NCBI GenBank assembly: GCA_015061915.1
Contig: SUVR01000004.1
Coordinates: 53,093 to 117,092, forward strand
Direction of reading: 5' to 3'
Source: Lentisphaerota bacterium
GTDB taxonomy: Bacteria; Verrucomicrobiota; Lentisphaeria; Victivallales; UBA1829
Length of the DNA stretch: 64,000 nucleotides
Under the pieces are notes generated by a model that was not told the origin of the DNA, ran no database searches, and saw only the letters and a program-made list of their open reading frames with translations. The position numbers and the translations under genes were made by a program. Positions 29,090 through 42,362 of the stretch are shown one piece after another. Position 1 is the stretch's first letter. Each line of letters begins with the position of its first letter.

Positions 29090-30127
29090 GTGTATTATAG
29101 AAACCAATTTCGGGGTGTCGAGACGGATACGAACGGAAACAAAATCAAAGTGTACTTCATGGGTGCCGGGGCTTTTGCTCCGCCGGTACTCCGTGCCATT
29201 TGCGCCTGCAACGATATCGAACTTGTCGGGACCGCCACTCAGCCGGATAAAGCCGCCGGCAGAAAACGGATCCTGACCTCCACCCCGCTTGGACAATGGG
29301 CTGATGCGAACGGCGTTCCCTGTGATCGGGTCGTTTCGGTCAACACAGAGGACTTTCTGATGGAACTGCAGAAACTGGCTCCCGATCTGGTAGTCGTAGT
29401 CTCCTTCGGGCAGATCCTCAAACAGCCAATCCTGGATGCTCCCCGTTACGGATGTCTCAATGTCCATGCCTCCATTCTTCCCCGCTATCGCGGGGCTTCT
29501 CCCATCGCTTCCGCCATTCTCAACGGCGATGAAGAAACCGGTGTCACTTTTATGCAGATGGAGCGGGGTCTGGACTCCGGCCCCATGTATACCATCGACC
29601 GGATGCCCATCCCGGCAGGGATCACCACGGAAGCATTGGAAAAGCAACTGGCTGAAATGGCGGGCGACCGCATTGCGGAAGTGATCCGGGAAATCGTCAA
29701 TGGCTCCCGCAAACCCGTTCCCCAGCCGGAAAATGGCGTGACCATCGCCACAAAAATCCGCAAAGTAGATGGTTCAGTGGACTGGACCGAAGATGCCGCA
29801 CTCATCGAACGGCGGATCCGGGCATACGCAAAATGGCCCAACACCCGCTTCTGCTTTGCCGGAAAGGACCGTCCTGTTCAGGTGCGGATCACCTCTGCAA
29901 CAGCAACTGCGTGGTCTCCGGCAGGTGAGCCGGGAAAAATCCTTTCCATGCCGAACGGGAAACGGCAGCTGATGGTCAAATGCGGCAGCGGCGCACTGCT
30001 GATCGAACGCGTGCTGCCCGAGGGAAAAAAGGAAATGGCAGTGGCGGACTTTATCAATGGAGCACACTTGAATGTTGGCGACTTGCTCCTGAACGGTCCG
30101 GATAAACTCCCTGCCGCAAGTGAATGA
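29090..30127 (+). CDS. fmt: Methionyl-tRNA formyltransferase (start uncertain)
   Basis: VYFMG, TQPDKAAGR, NVHASILPRYRGASPI, ETGVT and GLDSG motifs. Confidence 0.95.
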   Translation: MYYRNQFRGVETDTNGNKIKVYFMGAGAFAPPVLRAICACNDIELVGTATQPDKAAGRKRILTSTPLGQWADANGVPCDRVVSVNTEDFLMELQKLAPDLVVVVSFGQILKQPILDAPRYGCLNVHASILPRYRGASPIASAILNGDEETGVTFMQMERGLDSGPMYTIDRMPIPAGITTEALEKQLAEMAGDRIAEVIREIVNGSRKPVPQPENGVTIATKIRKVDGSVDWTEDAALIERRIRAYAKWPNTRFCFAGKDRPVQVRITSATATAWSPAGEPGKILSMPNGKRQLMVKCGSGALLIERVLPEGKKEMAVADFINGAHLNVGDLLLNGPDKLPAASE

Positions 30128-30197
30128 AAAAACTGTGATCCGGTGAACCTGGCTTACGCACCGTTTGGACGCCAACGCAAAGGAAGAAACTGCAATC

Positions 30198-31874
30198 ATG
30201 GCTAAAAAAAAACAGATCATCCTCAACTGTGAGGAACTCGAAACCCGTGCCGCATACCTGAAAAACGGCAGGCTGGAAGAATATGAACTGGAACGCACGT
30301 GCGATGAGATCGTGCCGGGCTCCATCTATCTGGCAAAAATCGTGCGCCACGAACCCGGTCTCGAAGCCGCTTTCGCCGACATCGGCGCAGAAAAAAATGC
30401 TTTCATCCATTACCGGGATATGCTCCCGGCGTCTTACGATATGCTGGACAACATCCGGCAGCTGGATGAGCAGGAAGACGCCATCAAACAGACCGGCAAA
30501 AAGGGCAAAGTTGCCAAAGGCGCACCGAAAAAGCTGTTGGGCATCGTAACTGAAAAACTGCGTACATTTATGGGGCGCACCAATAAAGCACAGCGTCTCA
30601 AAGAGCTGGAAGAAAAAATCCATTCCGGCAAGATCACCAGCAAGGATATTCCCAAGGTATTTCCCTGCGGTTCGGAAGTGCTGGTGCAGGTCACAAAAGG
30701 TCCCATCGGCACAAAAGGTGCGCGGGCAACCACGAATATCACCCTTGCCGGACGCTATCTGGTGCTGCTGCCCTACTCCAAGCACATCGGACTTTCCAGC
30801 AAGATCGATGACAAAAAAGAGCGGGATCGCCTCCGGAAGATCCTCCGCTCTCTGGAACTGCCGGAAGCTATGGGGCTGATTTGCCGGACGGTCGGCGAAG
30901 GCAGAAAAGCCGTTTTCTTTGAACGGGATCTGCATATGCTGCTGGATCTCTGGCTCAAGGTGGAACAGGCGCTTGAGCAGCCGCACGCACCAAAACTCGT
31001 CCTGCCCGAACCCACCCTCCTCGAACGGACCGTGCGGGACTCCCTGACCGATGAAATCGATGAGATCATTGTGGACAGCAAGGAAAAATACGAATTCCTG
31101 CAGGATGCTCTGAAAAAATTTGTCGGCAACGACTTCCAGACGAAACTGACCCTCCACAAGCGGGCGGACTCCGTCTTCAGCCGCTATAAAGTCTCCGAAC
31201 AGGTCGCCGCCATCTTCAACCGGGTGGTCCCCCTGCCCGGCGGCGGGTATCTCTGCATTGATGAAACCGAAGCGCTGATCGCCATTGACATCAACTCCGG
31301 CAAGAGTAAGAACGGCAAGGACCAGCCCGAACTGGTGCTGAAGACCAATCTGGAGGCGGCGGAAGAGATCGCCCGCCAGATGCGGCTCCGGAACATCGGC
31401 GGTCAGGTGGTGATCGACTTCATCGACATGGCGAATGCGCAGGACCGGGAAAAAGTCAATTCCGCCATGAAAAAATTTCTCAGGGAAGACCGGGCAAAAA
31501 CAAAGGTCCTGCCCATCAGCAAGTTCGGTCTGATGGAAATGACCCGCCAGCGGGAACACGAAAGCGTCAAGGACCTGGTGTACGACCTGTGTCCGTACTG
31601 CAACGGTTCCGGTCATGTCAAATCCGCTATCACCATGAGCGTGGAGATCCAGCGCAGACTGAAAGAAGTCCTGCGGAAGAAGGGCGGAAAGAAGAACGGG
31701 ATCCGGGTCATCATGAACCCCACGATCCTCGCACGACTGAAGAACGACGATGCCGAACTGCTCACCGATCTGGAAAATCAGTACGGCAAGGACCTTCAGT
31801 TCCGGGCAGACCCCACGATCCATATTGAAGAATTCAAGTTGGTCGACCCTAAAACCGGCACTTCATTGGATTGA
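30198..31874 (+). CDS. Ribonuclease G/E family endoribonuclease
   Basis: PGLEAAFADIG, VQVTKGPIGTKGAR, IDINSG, QMRLRNIGG.VIDFIDM and CPYCNGSG motifs. Confidence 0.95.
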   Translation: MAKKKQIILNCEELETRAAYLKNGRLEEYELERTCDEIVPGSIYLAKIVRHEPGLEAAFADIGAEKNAFIHYRDMLPASYDMLDNIRQLDEQEDAIKQTGKKGKVAKGAPKKLLGIVTEKLRTFMGRTNKAQRLKELEEKIHSGKITSKDIPKVFPCGSEVLVQVTKGPIGTKGARATTNITLAGRYLVLLPYSKHIGLSSKIDDKKERDRLRKILRSLELPEAMGLICRTVGEGRKAVFFERDLHMLLDLWLKVEQALEQPHAPKLVLPEPTLLERTVRDSLTDEIDEIIVDSKEKYEFLQDALKKFVGNDFQTKLTLHKRADSVFSRYKVSEQVAAIFNRVVPLPGGGYLCIDETEALIAIDINSGKSKNGKDQPELVLKTNLEAAEEIARQMRLRNIGGQVVIDFIDMANAQDREKVNSAMKKFLREDRAKTKVLPISKFGLMEMTRQREHESVKDLVYDLCPYCNGSGHVKSAITMSVEIQRRLKEVLRKKGGKKNGIRVIMNPTILARLKNDDAELLTDLENQYGKDLQFRADPTIHIEEFKLVDPKTGTSLD

Positions 31875-31904
31875 ATCGCACAACATCGAAAATTCAACAC
31901 ATAA

Positions 31905-35087
<3,183 letters not shown>

Positions 35088-35105
35088 AACAGAAGGATGC
35101 CGGTT

Positions 35106-35262
35106 GGACGGCAGCCGGCTCCGGCGCGGCAGCCGTGAGTGCCGGAAAAAATCGGTTGCGATTTTTTCCGCACTCACGGGTTCTGCCCGGCAGAACCGGT
35201 CAGCGGGGCGGGTGGCGACCCGCCCGCTGACCGCTGCCGCGCCGGAGTCCGTGCTGCCGTCC
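35106..35262. repeat. GC-rich nested palindromic element (four-way junction), element 1
   Basis: Outer stem 35106-35133/35233-35262 enclosing three contiguous hairpins 35134-35178, 35179-35197 and 35198-35232, paired by hand. Confidence 0.85.
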
Positions 35263-35313
35263 GGTCAAACTTTTTCCTCCAACCAGACTGTATTCAAGAA
35301 AGACCTTTTCCCT

Positions 35314-36453
35314 ATGATTCCCCGTTCCCGTCAGGACCTGATCCGGCTTGAAAATGATTCTCTTGCGCCCTATGCGATCCGTTCGGAGGGTGCAGCTTCG
35401 ACCCGTCTCCATCCAGAGCCGATCCACCCGTTCCGTACGGACTTTCAGCGTGACCGGGACCGGGTTCTGCACAGCCGTGCGTTCCGGCGTCTGGAGTACA
35501 AGACGCAGGTCTTTCTGAGTGGTTCAGGCGACCACCTGCGGAACCGTCTGACCCATACCATTGAGGTGGCAGCCATTGCGAAGACGATTTCCAACGCACT
35601 ATCGCTGAACATCGACCTGACGGAAGCGATCGCCCTGGCGCACGATCTGGGGCATACACCGTTCGGGCACGCCGGTGAGCGGGCGATGGCGGTCATCATG
35701 GCGAACAACGGCGGTTTTGACCACAATCTGCAAGCGCTGCGGGTGATCGATCATCTGGAGATCAAGTATCCTGAATACGATGGGATCAACCTGACCATTG
35801 CGGCACGGCAGGGGCTGATCAAGCACCGGACGCCCGGTATGACTGCGCTGGATGGCATTCTGCTCCCGCCCAAGCCCGGTCTGGAGGCGCAGGTGGCGGA
35901 TCTGGCGGACGACCTGACCTACTACGGGCACGATGTGGATGACGGTCTGGATTCGGGTATTCTCACTCACGAGATGCTGTCCTCTCTGGAAATCTGGCAG
36001 CGTGCCTGTGAATTGGCAAAACAGCACAAATATCTCCCCGGCGATGACCGTTTCCTCCCCTTTGCGGTCCGGTCGCTCATCGACATGATGGTGGGGGATG
36101 CCATCCGTAACTCTGCAAAACAGATCGAAGCGGCGGCACCCGCCTCGCCGGAAGAAGTCATGCAGCTGCCGAAGATGCTGATCTCCTTCAGTCCGGAGTT
36201 CCAGAAGCTGACCGATGATCTGAAAAAATTTCTGTACGAAAATCTCTACTTCGGGCCGGAACTGAGCAAACTGAACGAGCTTTCCATGAGTCGTCTTTCC
36301 TACCTTTTCGATACGTTCTGCGCCCATCCGGAAGAAATGGGATCCTCCGCCCGGAACCGGATCGAAAGCGATGGTCTGACACGGGCGGTGGCAGATCACA
36401 TTGCGGGTATGACGGACAACTTTGCGGTCAGCGAGTATCTGCGTCTGAAATAA
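35314..36453 (+). CDS. dgt: Deoxyguanosinetriphosphate triphosphohydrolase (HD family)
   Basis: FQRDRDRVLHSRAFRRLEYKTQV, RNRLTHT, HDLGHTPFGHAGE and AGMTD motifs. True start MIPRS. Confidence 0.95.
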   Translation: MIPRSRQDLIRLENDSLAPYAIRSEGAASTRLHPEPIHPFRTDFQRDRDRVLHSRAFRRLEYKTQVFLSGSGDHLRNRLTHTIEVAAIAKTISNALSLNIDLTEAIALAHDLGHTPFGHAGERAMAVIMANNGGFDHNLQALRVIDHLEIKYPEYDGINLTIAARQGLIKHRTPGMTALDGILLPPKPGLEAQVADLADDLTYYGHDVDDGLDSGILTHEMLSSLEIWQRACELAKQHKYLPGDDRFLPFAVRSLIDMMVGDAIRNSAKQIEAAAPASPEEVMQLPKMLISFSPEFQKLTDDLKKFLYENLYFGPELSKLNELSMSRLSYLFDTFCAHPEEMGSSARNRIESDGLTRAVADHIAGMTDNFAVSEYLRLK

Positions 36454-36569
36454 ATCAGGCTTGGCGGGTAACCCCGCAGAATTCATCGCTGAACGGTCCG
36501 GCAGCGCCCTTCTTGTTCACGTTCCCGGAGCAGATATCCTCTTTTCGTTCGTTCAACCTGTAGAAGATC

Positions 36570-37316
36570 TTACTTGCGCAGAGCGGCTTTCATCGCTGCA
36601 GCAACATTGCTGGTGATGGCATCCACGCCGTTCGCTTCAAAGTAACGGCAGCGTTCTTCATCGTCGATGGTCCAGACCGCCAGATAGTAACCGCGCTTCT
36701 TCACTTCGGCAAGGAATTCAGGCGTAAGGACATCGTTGCTTCCGCCAACATCCAGACCGTCAGCGCCGATCCGTTCCAGCGTGGAGAAAATGTCATCCCA
36801 GGTATAGCGGGGAGTTCCGTCTTCGTTATTCCGCATATGAGCGAGCCAGAGAGCGGGCACTTCGGGGATGACTTTTTTACATTCCGCCACCATATCCGCC
36901 TGGAAGGAAATCATCACGATCTGTTCAAAGGGGATGGAGGAATTTTCGATCTCTTTGCGCATGGCGGCGACCACTTCCGGATCGTTTGCCTTGACTTCCA
37001 CAAAATATTTACGACCCGGCTTCAGGGTCTTGAGAGAATCGGAAAACAGGGGGATCTTTTCGCCCTTATACGCTTCGTGATGACCGGAAACATCCAGCAG
37101 TTCCAGTTCAACAAAAGGCGTCTCTTCGATCACCCGATCTACACCGGACATCCGTTTTGTGCTGAAATCATGACCGCAGACCAGCAGTTTTTCCGCGGTG
37201 AAATGAATATCGCACTCCATGCCGTCCGTATCTCTTTCGTTGGAAAGGCGGTAGGCTGCGAGTGTGTTTTCAGGGGCGTCGTGGGATTCTCCACGGTGGG
37301 AAATAAAAATGCTCAT
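36570..37316 (-). CDS. Glycerophosphodiester phosphodiesterase family protein
   Basis: SHRG, APENTLAA, ECDIH, VWTID and GVDAITSN motifs. Confidence 0.93.
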   Translation of the reverse strand: MSIFISHRGESHDAPENTLAAYRLSNERDTDGMECDIHFTAEKLLVCGHDFSTKRMSGVDRVIEETPFVELELLDVSGHHEAYKGEKIPLFSDSLKTLKPGRKYFVEVKANDPEVVAAMRKEIENSSIPFEQIVMISFQADMVAECKKVIPEVPALWLAHMRNNEDGTPRYTWDDIFSTLERIGADGLDVGGSNDVLTPEFLAEVKKRGYYLAVWTIDDEERCRYFEANGVDAITSNVAAAMKAALRK

Positions 37317-37529
37317 TGTTCGGCTTCCTTCTGTTATTTGTTCCGTAAAAGTTCACTTTCCTTGCATACTATTACCTACTTTTTCCGTTTTTCAATGTCT
37401 TCTTATAAAAAATAAATCAAAAAAAGTCTGCACGCCCACTTGTTAATTTAAAATTATGGAGTAGGTTACTGTGTGGGGGATTACATTATTGGAAACAGGA
37501 ACAAAAAAAGAAGGGGAACAGGAAAGATT

Positions 37530-40163
37530 ATGAGTGACCAGAACAATATGAATAATGATGACTTCGGGATCAAGCGCCCGAAAGATACGTACACGATCAC
37601 CATCAGCGGCGGCGAACAGCTGAAACCGGTGGATGGCGGCGACAACGAAAGAATTATGGATGTACCCGCCCTGCCCCTGAGCGATGTGGTGGTATTTCCG
37701 TATGCCCTCTCCCCCCTGATGCTGAACGATGACAAATCGGTCCGCACCATCGAATCTGCCGTTTCCAACGAACGGTTCGTGGCGTTCTTTCCGGAAATGC
37801 CGGATGAACCGGCACCGGATCAGGCGGATGGCATCGACTTGAAAGTAAAACCCATTGAACTCAACGGCAGAAAAGTCTCCTCGGTGGGCGTGCTGGTCCG
37901 TATCGTAAAAATGCTCAAGTTCCCGGATGGCACCCTGCGGGTCCTCGTGCGCGGTCTCTCCCGTGTCCAGTTCCTTTCCATTCAGTCCCGTGTTCCCTTT
38001 ACAACGGTCCGGACAGAACGGCTGGAACCGGGCGTTGACAACTCCATTGAGACCATGGCAATGGTCCGGAACGCCATCAAGCAATTTCAGGAGATCATCT
38101 CCTTCTCTCCCAATTTTCCGGAAGAACTGCGGATCGCAGTTTCCAATCTGACCGATAATACCCGGATCGCAGACCTGATCGCCGATACGCTCAATATCTC
38201 CTACCGGGAAAAACTCGCCCTGCTGACGATCAACGATCTGCAGGAACGGCTGCACCTCCTTGCGATCCTGCTGAACCGGGAAGTGGAAGTACTGCGTCTC
38301 GGTTCCGAGATCCAGAGTCAGGTCCACGATGTTATGAGCAAACAGCAGCGGGAATTTTTCCTGCGGGAACAGCTCAAACAGATCAAGGAAGAACTGGGCG
38401 AAGGCAACCGGAACCCCGATATTGTCTCCATCAATGAACGTATGGAAAAAGTGGATCTTCCTCCGAATATCCGCGACCTGATCAACAAGGAAGTGGAACG
38501 GCTGGATATCATCCCGCAAGCATCCGGCGAGTACAATATTGCTTACACCTATATCGACTGGCTCCTTTCCGTTCCGTGGAACGAATACACGGAAGACCGG
38601 CTGGATGTGAACGAAGCTGCCCGGATCCTGGATGAAGACCACTACGGGCTGCAGGATGTGAAAGAACGGATCCTGGAATATCTCTCCGTTCTTCAGCTCA
38701 AAAAGAACCGTAAAGCTCCAATCATCTGTTTTGCAGGTCCTCCGGGCGTGGGAAAAACATCTCTCGGCAAATCCATCGCCAGCGCTATGGGCAGAAAATT
38801 TGTGCGTATCTCGCTGGGCGGGATCAAGGATGAAGCGGAGATCCGCGGACACCGCCGCACCTATATCGGCGCACTTCCCGGCAGAATCATTCAGGGGATG
38901 AAAAAAGCCGGCACCAGCAACCCGGTGTTTATGCTGGACGAACTGGACAAAGTAGGCAATGATTACCGGGGCGATCCGGCTTCCGCCCTGCTGGAAGTAT
39001 TGGACCCCCAGCAGAATTCCTCCTTCAACGATCATTATCTGGAAGTGGACTACGACTTGAGTTCGGTGATGTTCATTGCCACCGCCAATATTGAAGATAC
39101 CATTCCACGCCCCCTGCTGGACCGTATGGAAATGATCCGTCTGCCCGGTTATACCGCCATGGAAAAACACGAGATCGCACGCCGGTATCTGATTCCCCGC
39201 CAGATGAAAGAAAACGGACTGAAAACAGAAGACATCCGGTTCACCCGCAGTGCGTTGGATGAAGTCATCACCTTCTACACCGTGGAAGCTGGCGTCCGCA
39301 ATCTGGAACGGACCTTCGGTACAATTTGCCGGAAACTGGCAAGAAAGATCGTGGAAGGTGCCGTGGAAGCGGGATCCGGCTATGTCGTTACGCCCGCCGT
39401 GGTGCAGGACTTGCTCGGACCCCGGAAGTTCCAGATGGATAAATCGGAAGATCAGCCACAGATCGGTATCGCCACCGGTATGGCATGGACCAGCGTCGGC
39501 GGCTCCACCCTGCCGGTGGAAGCAACGATGATGCCCGGTAAAGGCGATCTCAAACTGACCGGCTCTCTGGGCGATGTGATGAAGGAAAGCGCGATGACCG
39601 CCTTCAGCCTTGTCCGCAGCAGATGCAGCGAACTGGGAATCGATTGCGATGTCTTCGGCAAGTACGATTTCCATATCCACGTGCCGGATGGCGCCACACC
39701 GAAGGATGGTCCCAGTGCCGGGGTCACCCTCACGACTGCCCTGGTCTCTCTGCTGACGAAACGCCCGGTCCGTCCCCATCTCTCCATGACCGGTGAGATC
39801 ACGCTCCGGGGTAAAGTCACGGCGGTCGGCGGCATCAAGGAAAAAGTCATTGCTGCGCTCCGGGCTGGCGTTCGGGACATTATGATGCCCGCAGACAACG
39901 AAAAAGATCTGCACGATGTTCCGGAAGAAGTCAAGAAAGCCGTCAAGTTCCACTTTGCAGATAAGATCGAAGATGTGCTTGCGTTTGCTATGCCGAAAAA
40001 TGTCAAAGCCTGTCCCGCAAACAAGGCCAAGGCGGTAAAAGATGAAATCTACACCTTTGACCTGCCGCAGGACGACGATGCAGAAACACCCGCAAAGCCC
40101 GCCCCGGCAAAGAAAAAACGCACCGCAACACGCAAGAAAAAGAAAACAGAGGAAGAAAAATGA
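37530..40163 (+). CDS. lon: ATP-dependent protease La (Lon)
   Basis: LON N domain, GPPGVGKTS, HRRTYIGALPG and PKDGPSAG motifs. Start taken at MSDQN. Confidence 0.97.
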   Translation: MSDQNNMNNDDFGIKRPKDTYTITISGGEQLKPVDGGDNERIMDVPALPLSDVVVFPYALSPLMLNDDKSVRTIESAVSNERFVAFFPEMPDEPAPDQADGIDLKVKPIELNGRKVSSVGVLVRIVKMLKFPDGTLRVLVRGLSRVQFLSIQSRVPFTTVRTERLEPGVDNSIETMAMVRNAIKQFQEIISFSPNFPEELRIAVSNLTDNTRIADLIADTLNISYREKLALLTINDLQERLHLLAILLNREVEVLRLGSEIQSQVHDVMSKQQREFFLREQLKQIKEELGEGNRNPDIVSINERMEKVDLPPNIRDLINKEVERLDIIPQASGEYNIAYTYIDWLLSVPWNEYTEDRLDVNEAARILDEDHYGLQDVKERILEYLSVLQLKKNRKAPIICFAGPPGVGKTSLGKSIASAMGRKFVRISLGGIKDEAEIRGHRRTYIGALPGRIIQGMKKAGTSNPVFMLDELDKVGNDYRGDPASALLEVLDPQQNSSFNDHYLEVDYDLSSVMFIATANIEDTIPRPLLDRMEMIRLPGYTAMEKHEIARRYLIPRQMKENGLKTEDIRFTRSALDEVITFYTVEAGVRNLERTFGTICRKLARKIVEGAVEAGSGYVVTPAVVQDLLGPRKFQMDKSEDQPQIGIATGMAWTSVGGSTLPVEATMMPGKGDLKLTGSLGDVMKESAMTAFSLVRSRCSELGIDCDVFGKYDFHIHVPDGATPKDGPSAGVTLTTALVSLLTKRPVRPHLSMTGEITLRGKVTAVGGIKEKVIAALRAGVRDIMMPADNEKDLHDVPEEVKKAVKFHFADKIEDVLAFAMPKNVKACPANKAKAVKDEIYTFDLPQDDDAETPAKPAPAKKKRTATRKKKKTEEEK

Positions 40164-40948
40164 AACGATTGCTCATCGCCATTCTGCTGACCGCATTTCT
40201 GGTCCCTGTTCTCCCTGCACAGGAAATGCCGGATTTTTCCAGGATCCCCGCAGAGCAGTTCCTGCAATATACGATCCATCGTTTGAAACCGGATCCGCAA
40301 AAGGAAATCTGGATGAAGATGAACGGCAAGATCCAGCACCGCAGAAAGGGATTCAGCACACTGACTTCGCCCATCCGGTTGGGTGTTCTGTTTATGCCTG
40401 CCCGGGCAATGGGTGTCCTTTCTCTGGATGACGGCGCGGAAAGCTACCGCCTGACTCAGCAGTTCACCGTGCCGCCCACACCCCCCACCTGTATCCCCGC
40501 AGGAAACGGGCAGGATGCGGCAAAAGCAAAGCTGCCGGTATTCGGACTCTCCCCCAACGATCTGATGCTGGGATTTCTCTACCGGAAACCGGTCCGGGAG
40601 GAAGCGCAGACTCATGTTTCCATTTACAACACCCGCGTGTTTGTCATGTTTCTGCCCAAGGGAACGGATGGCGAAAAAGACTTTGATCAGTATGCACGGG
40701 TCTACATCAGTACGGAATACCTGGTCCCTCTCAAGGTCGAATGGTTCAAGGAAGATCCTGTCGGAAAAGATCCGGAACCGTACCGCTCTTTTGAAATCAC
40801 CGCCATCAAAAAAATCAATGGCTATGTCATGGTTTCCAAAATGCGCCTCGATGGTCCGGACTGGCGTACCCGGATCGACTTCTCCCATCTGGATATCGGA
40901 GAAGTGGATGAAAACGGCGCTCCGAAAGATCTTTTCAACCTCAAGTAA
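40160..40948 (+). CDS. Exported protein, outer-membrane lipoprotein-sorting (LolA-like) fold
   Basis: Signal peptide. ARVYISTEYLVPLKVEW and IKKINGYVMVSKM segments typical of LolA-like proteins. Overlaps the lon stop. Confidence 0.6.
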   Translation: MKRLLIAILLTAFLVPVLPAQEMPDFSRIPAEQFLQYTIHRLKPDPQKEIWMKMNGKIQHRRKGFSTLTSPIRLGVLFMPARAMGVLSLDDGAESYRLTQQFTVPPTPPTCIPAGNGQDAAKAKLPVFGLSPNDLMLGFLYRKPVREEAQTHVSIYNTRVFVMFLPKGTDGEKDFDQYARVYISTEYLVPLKVEWFKEDPVGKDPEPYRSFEITAIKKINGYVMVSKMRLDGPDWRTRIDFSHLDIGEVDENGAPKDLFNLK

Positions 40949-40960
40949 AGGAATCACGAT

Positions 40961-41587
40961 ATGACCCGGTGCAGTATCCGGACAATTTTGCAAAAACGCA
41001 ATCGGCAGAGCGGACAGGCGATCTCCGAACTGGCGGTCTGCCTCATCGGTCTGCTGGTGGTGCTGCTCGGATTTCTCCTGCTCTCCACGCTCTCGCAGGA
41101 AGGTGTCACAAATGTGATCGCCGCCAGACAGGATGCCGATAAAAACGCCCGGAACGGTCAGAGCAGCGTCGGCAGCAGCAGTACACTGGAAAATATTTCT
41201 CACTGGGACTACGGTCCGAGAGGCGTGCCGTTCAACCGGGACGATACCCCCGTAAAAGCAACAAACAACAGCGGCAGTGTTTTTTTCGGACAACTGACCG
41301 ACAATGGAGGAAAATTCGACTTCAAGACCGCCGGCAACGATTCGTGGCTGCCGGAATACTACAACCCGTTGAAAAAATTACAGAAAGATGATATCCTGCT
41401 GGATGCCGCCAATCTGACCGTCGGATCCTCTACCGAAAAGGATCCCCTCGGGAAGCGCGGCTTGGAATCACTCAAAAACGCAGCAAGAAATATCCTGGGC
41501 GTCCGGGCAGATTTTGAAGTGACGGATTATGTATTTATGCCGGAAAAGGTAACCGTCCCCCTCCCGGAAGAAGCCACCGGAAAGTAA
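40961..41587 (+). CDS. TadE/Flp pseudopilin-like protein
   Basis: Basic leader then G|QAISE plus a hydrophobic helix (prepilin cleavage motif with Glu+5), followed by AAR. Confidence 0.65.
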   Translation: MTRCSIRTILQKRNRQSGQAISELAVCLIGLLVVLLGFLLLSTLSQEGVTNVIAARQDADKNARNGQSSVGSSSTLENISHWDYGPRGVPFNRDDTPVKATNNSGSVFFGQLTDNGGKFDFKTAGNDSWLPEYYNPLKKLQKDDILLDAANLTVGSSTEKDPLGKRGLESLKNAARNILGVRADFEVTDYVFMPEKVTVPLPEEATGK

Positions 41588-41622
41588 GCAGAATTTTGAA
41601 CAGGAAAGAAAGGATTACAAAT

Positions 41623-42117
41623 ATGAATCGGTTGACAGACCCCGCAAGCAAGATCATGACGCTGGCAGATGCGGTGGAGTGGCGCGAAAAAATGCGCATC
41701 GCCGGAAAAAGAGTCTCTCTCACAAACGGATGCTTTGACCTTTTGCACCGGGGACACGCCGAATATCTCAAAGCTGCCGCAGAACTGGCGGATGCACTGG
41801 TGGTCCTCATCAATTCCGATGAGTCCGTCCGGGAACTGAAAGGTCCCACCCGCCCCGTCAACTGCGAATATGACCGGGCGTACCTCCTCGGATGCTTTGC
41901 TTTCATCGATGCAGTGGTCGTCTTCAACGGAAAACGCTGCACCAAAGAACTGGATGCCCTCGCACCGGATGCGTATGCAAAAGGCGGCGATTACACCATC
42001 GAAACATTGGATCCGGAGGAACGGGAAGCTCTCCTCAATGCCGGAACGGAGATCTCCTTTATCCCCTTCGTTCCCGACCACTCAACGACAAGGCTGATCG
42101 AAAAAGCAAAAGGCTGA
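41623..42117 (+). CDS. Cytidylyltransferase-family D-glycero-manno-heptose-1-phosphate adenylyltransferase (RfaE2/HldC)
   Basis: TNGCFDLLHRGH, NSDESVRELKGPTRP, KGGDY and STT motifs. Confidence 0.92.
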   Translation: MNRLTDPASKIMTLADAVEWREKMRIAGKRVSLTNGCFDLLHRGHAEYLKAAAELADALVVLINSDESVRELKGPTRPVNCEYDRAYLLGCFAFIDAVVVFNGKRCTKELDALAPDAYAKGGDYTIETLDPEEREALLNAGTEISFIPFVPDHSTTRLIEKAKG

Positions 42118-42136
42118 TCCGGTCGTTTCATTTTTT

Positions 42137-42183
42137 GCGGTGTAAAACCTCCCGACCCGGTTTTGCACCGCCTTCTTTTTTTT
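42137..42183 (+). terminator. Intrinsic terminator 1 after the lon operon
   Basis: GCGGTGTAAAACC / GGTTTTGCACCGC followed by a T-run. Confidence 0.75.
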
Positions 42184-42191
42184 GATTTCCG

Positions 42192-42238
42192 AGCGAAACT
42201 GCAAAGCAAATCTGTCTTCCTGCAGTTTCGCTTTTTTT
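42192..42238 (+). terminator. Intrinsic terminator 2 (tandem)
   Basis: AGCGAAACTGCA / TGCAGTTTCGCT followed by a T-run. Confidence 0.7.
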
Positions 42239-42362
42239 GCGTATTTCAAAAGTAAAATCCTTTTTTTCCACTTTTTTCCTTTCATTTTCAGCCGTCTGCG
42301 GCTCCGTCAAAGAAAATCCATAAAAAAAGTCAAAAAAAATTGAAAAATTTTTCAAAAAAGGC

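Noticed and set aside
35106-35262. tRNA, tmRNA or CRISPR interpretation of the cloverleaf elements (also 52217-52367)
   Set aside because: About twice tRNA size, with no T-loop/D-loop consensus or CCA end and no repeat-spacer periodicity.
35104-35313. N-terminal extension of dgt in the ORF track
   Set aside because: It runs through the palindromic element, and homology to dGTPases starts at ATG 35314.
35314-36453. dGTPase as an anti-phage defence gene
   Set aside because: Looks like the short housekeeping Dgt type, in a non-defence context with no mobility signals.
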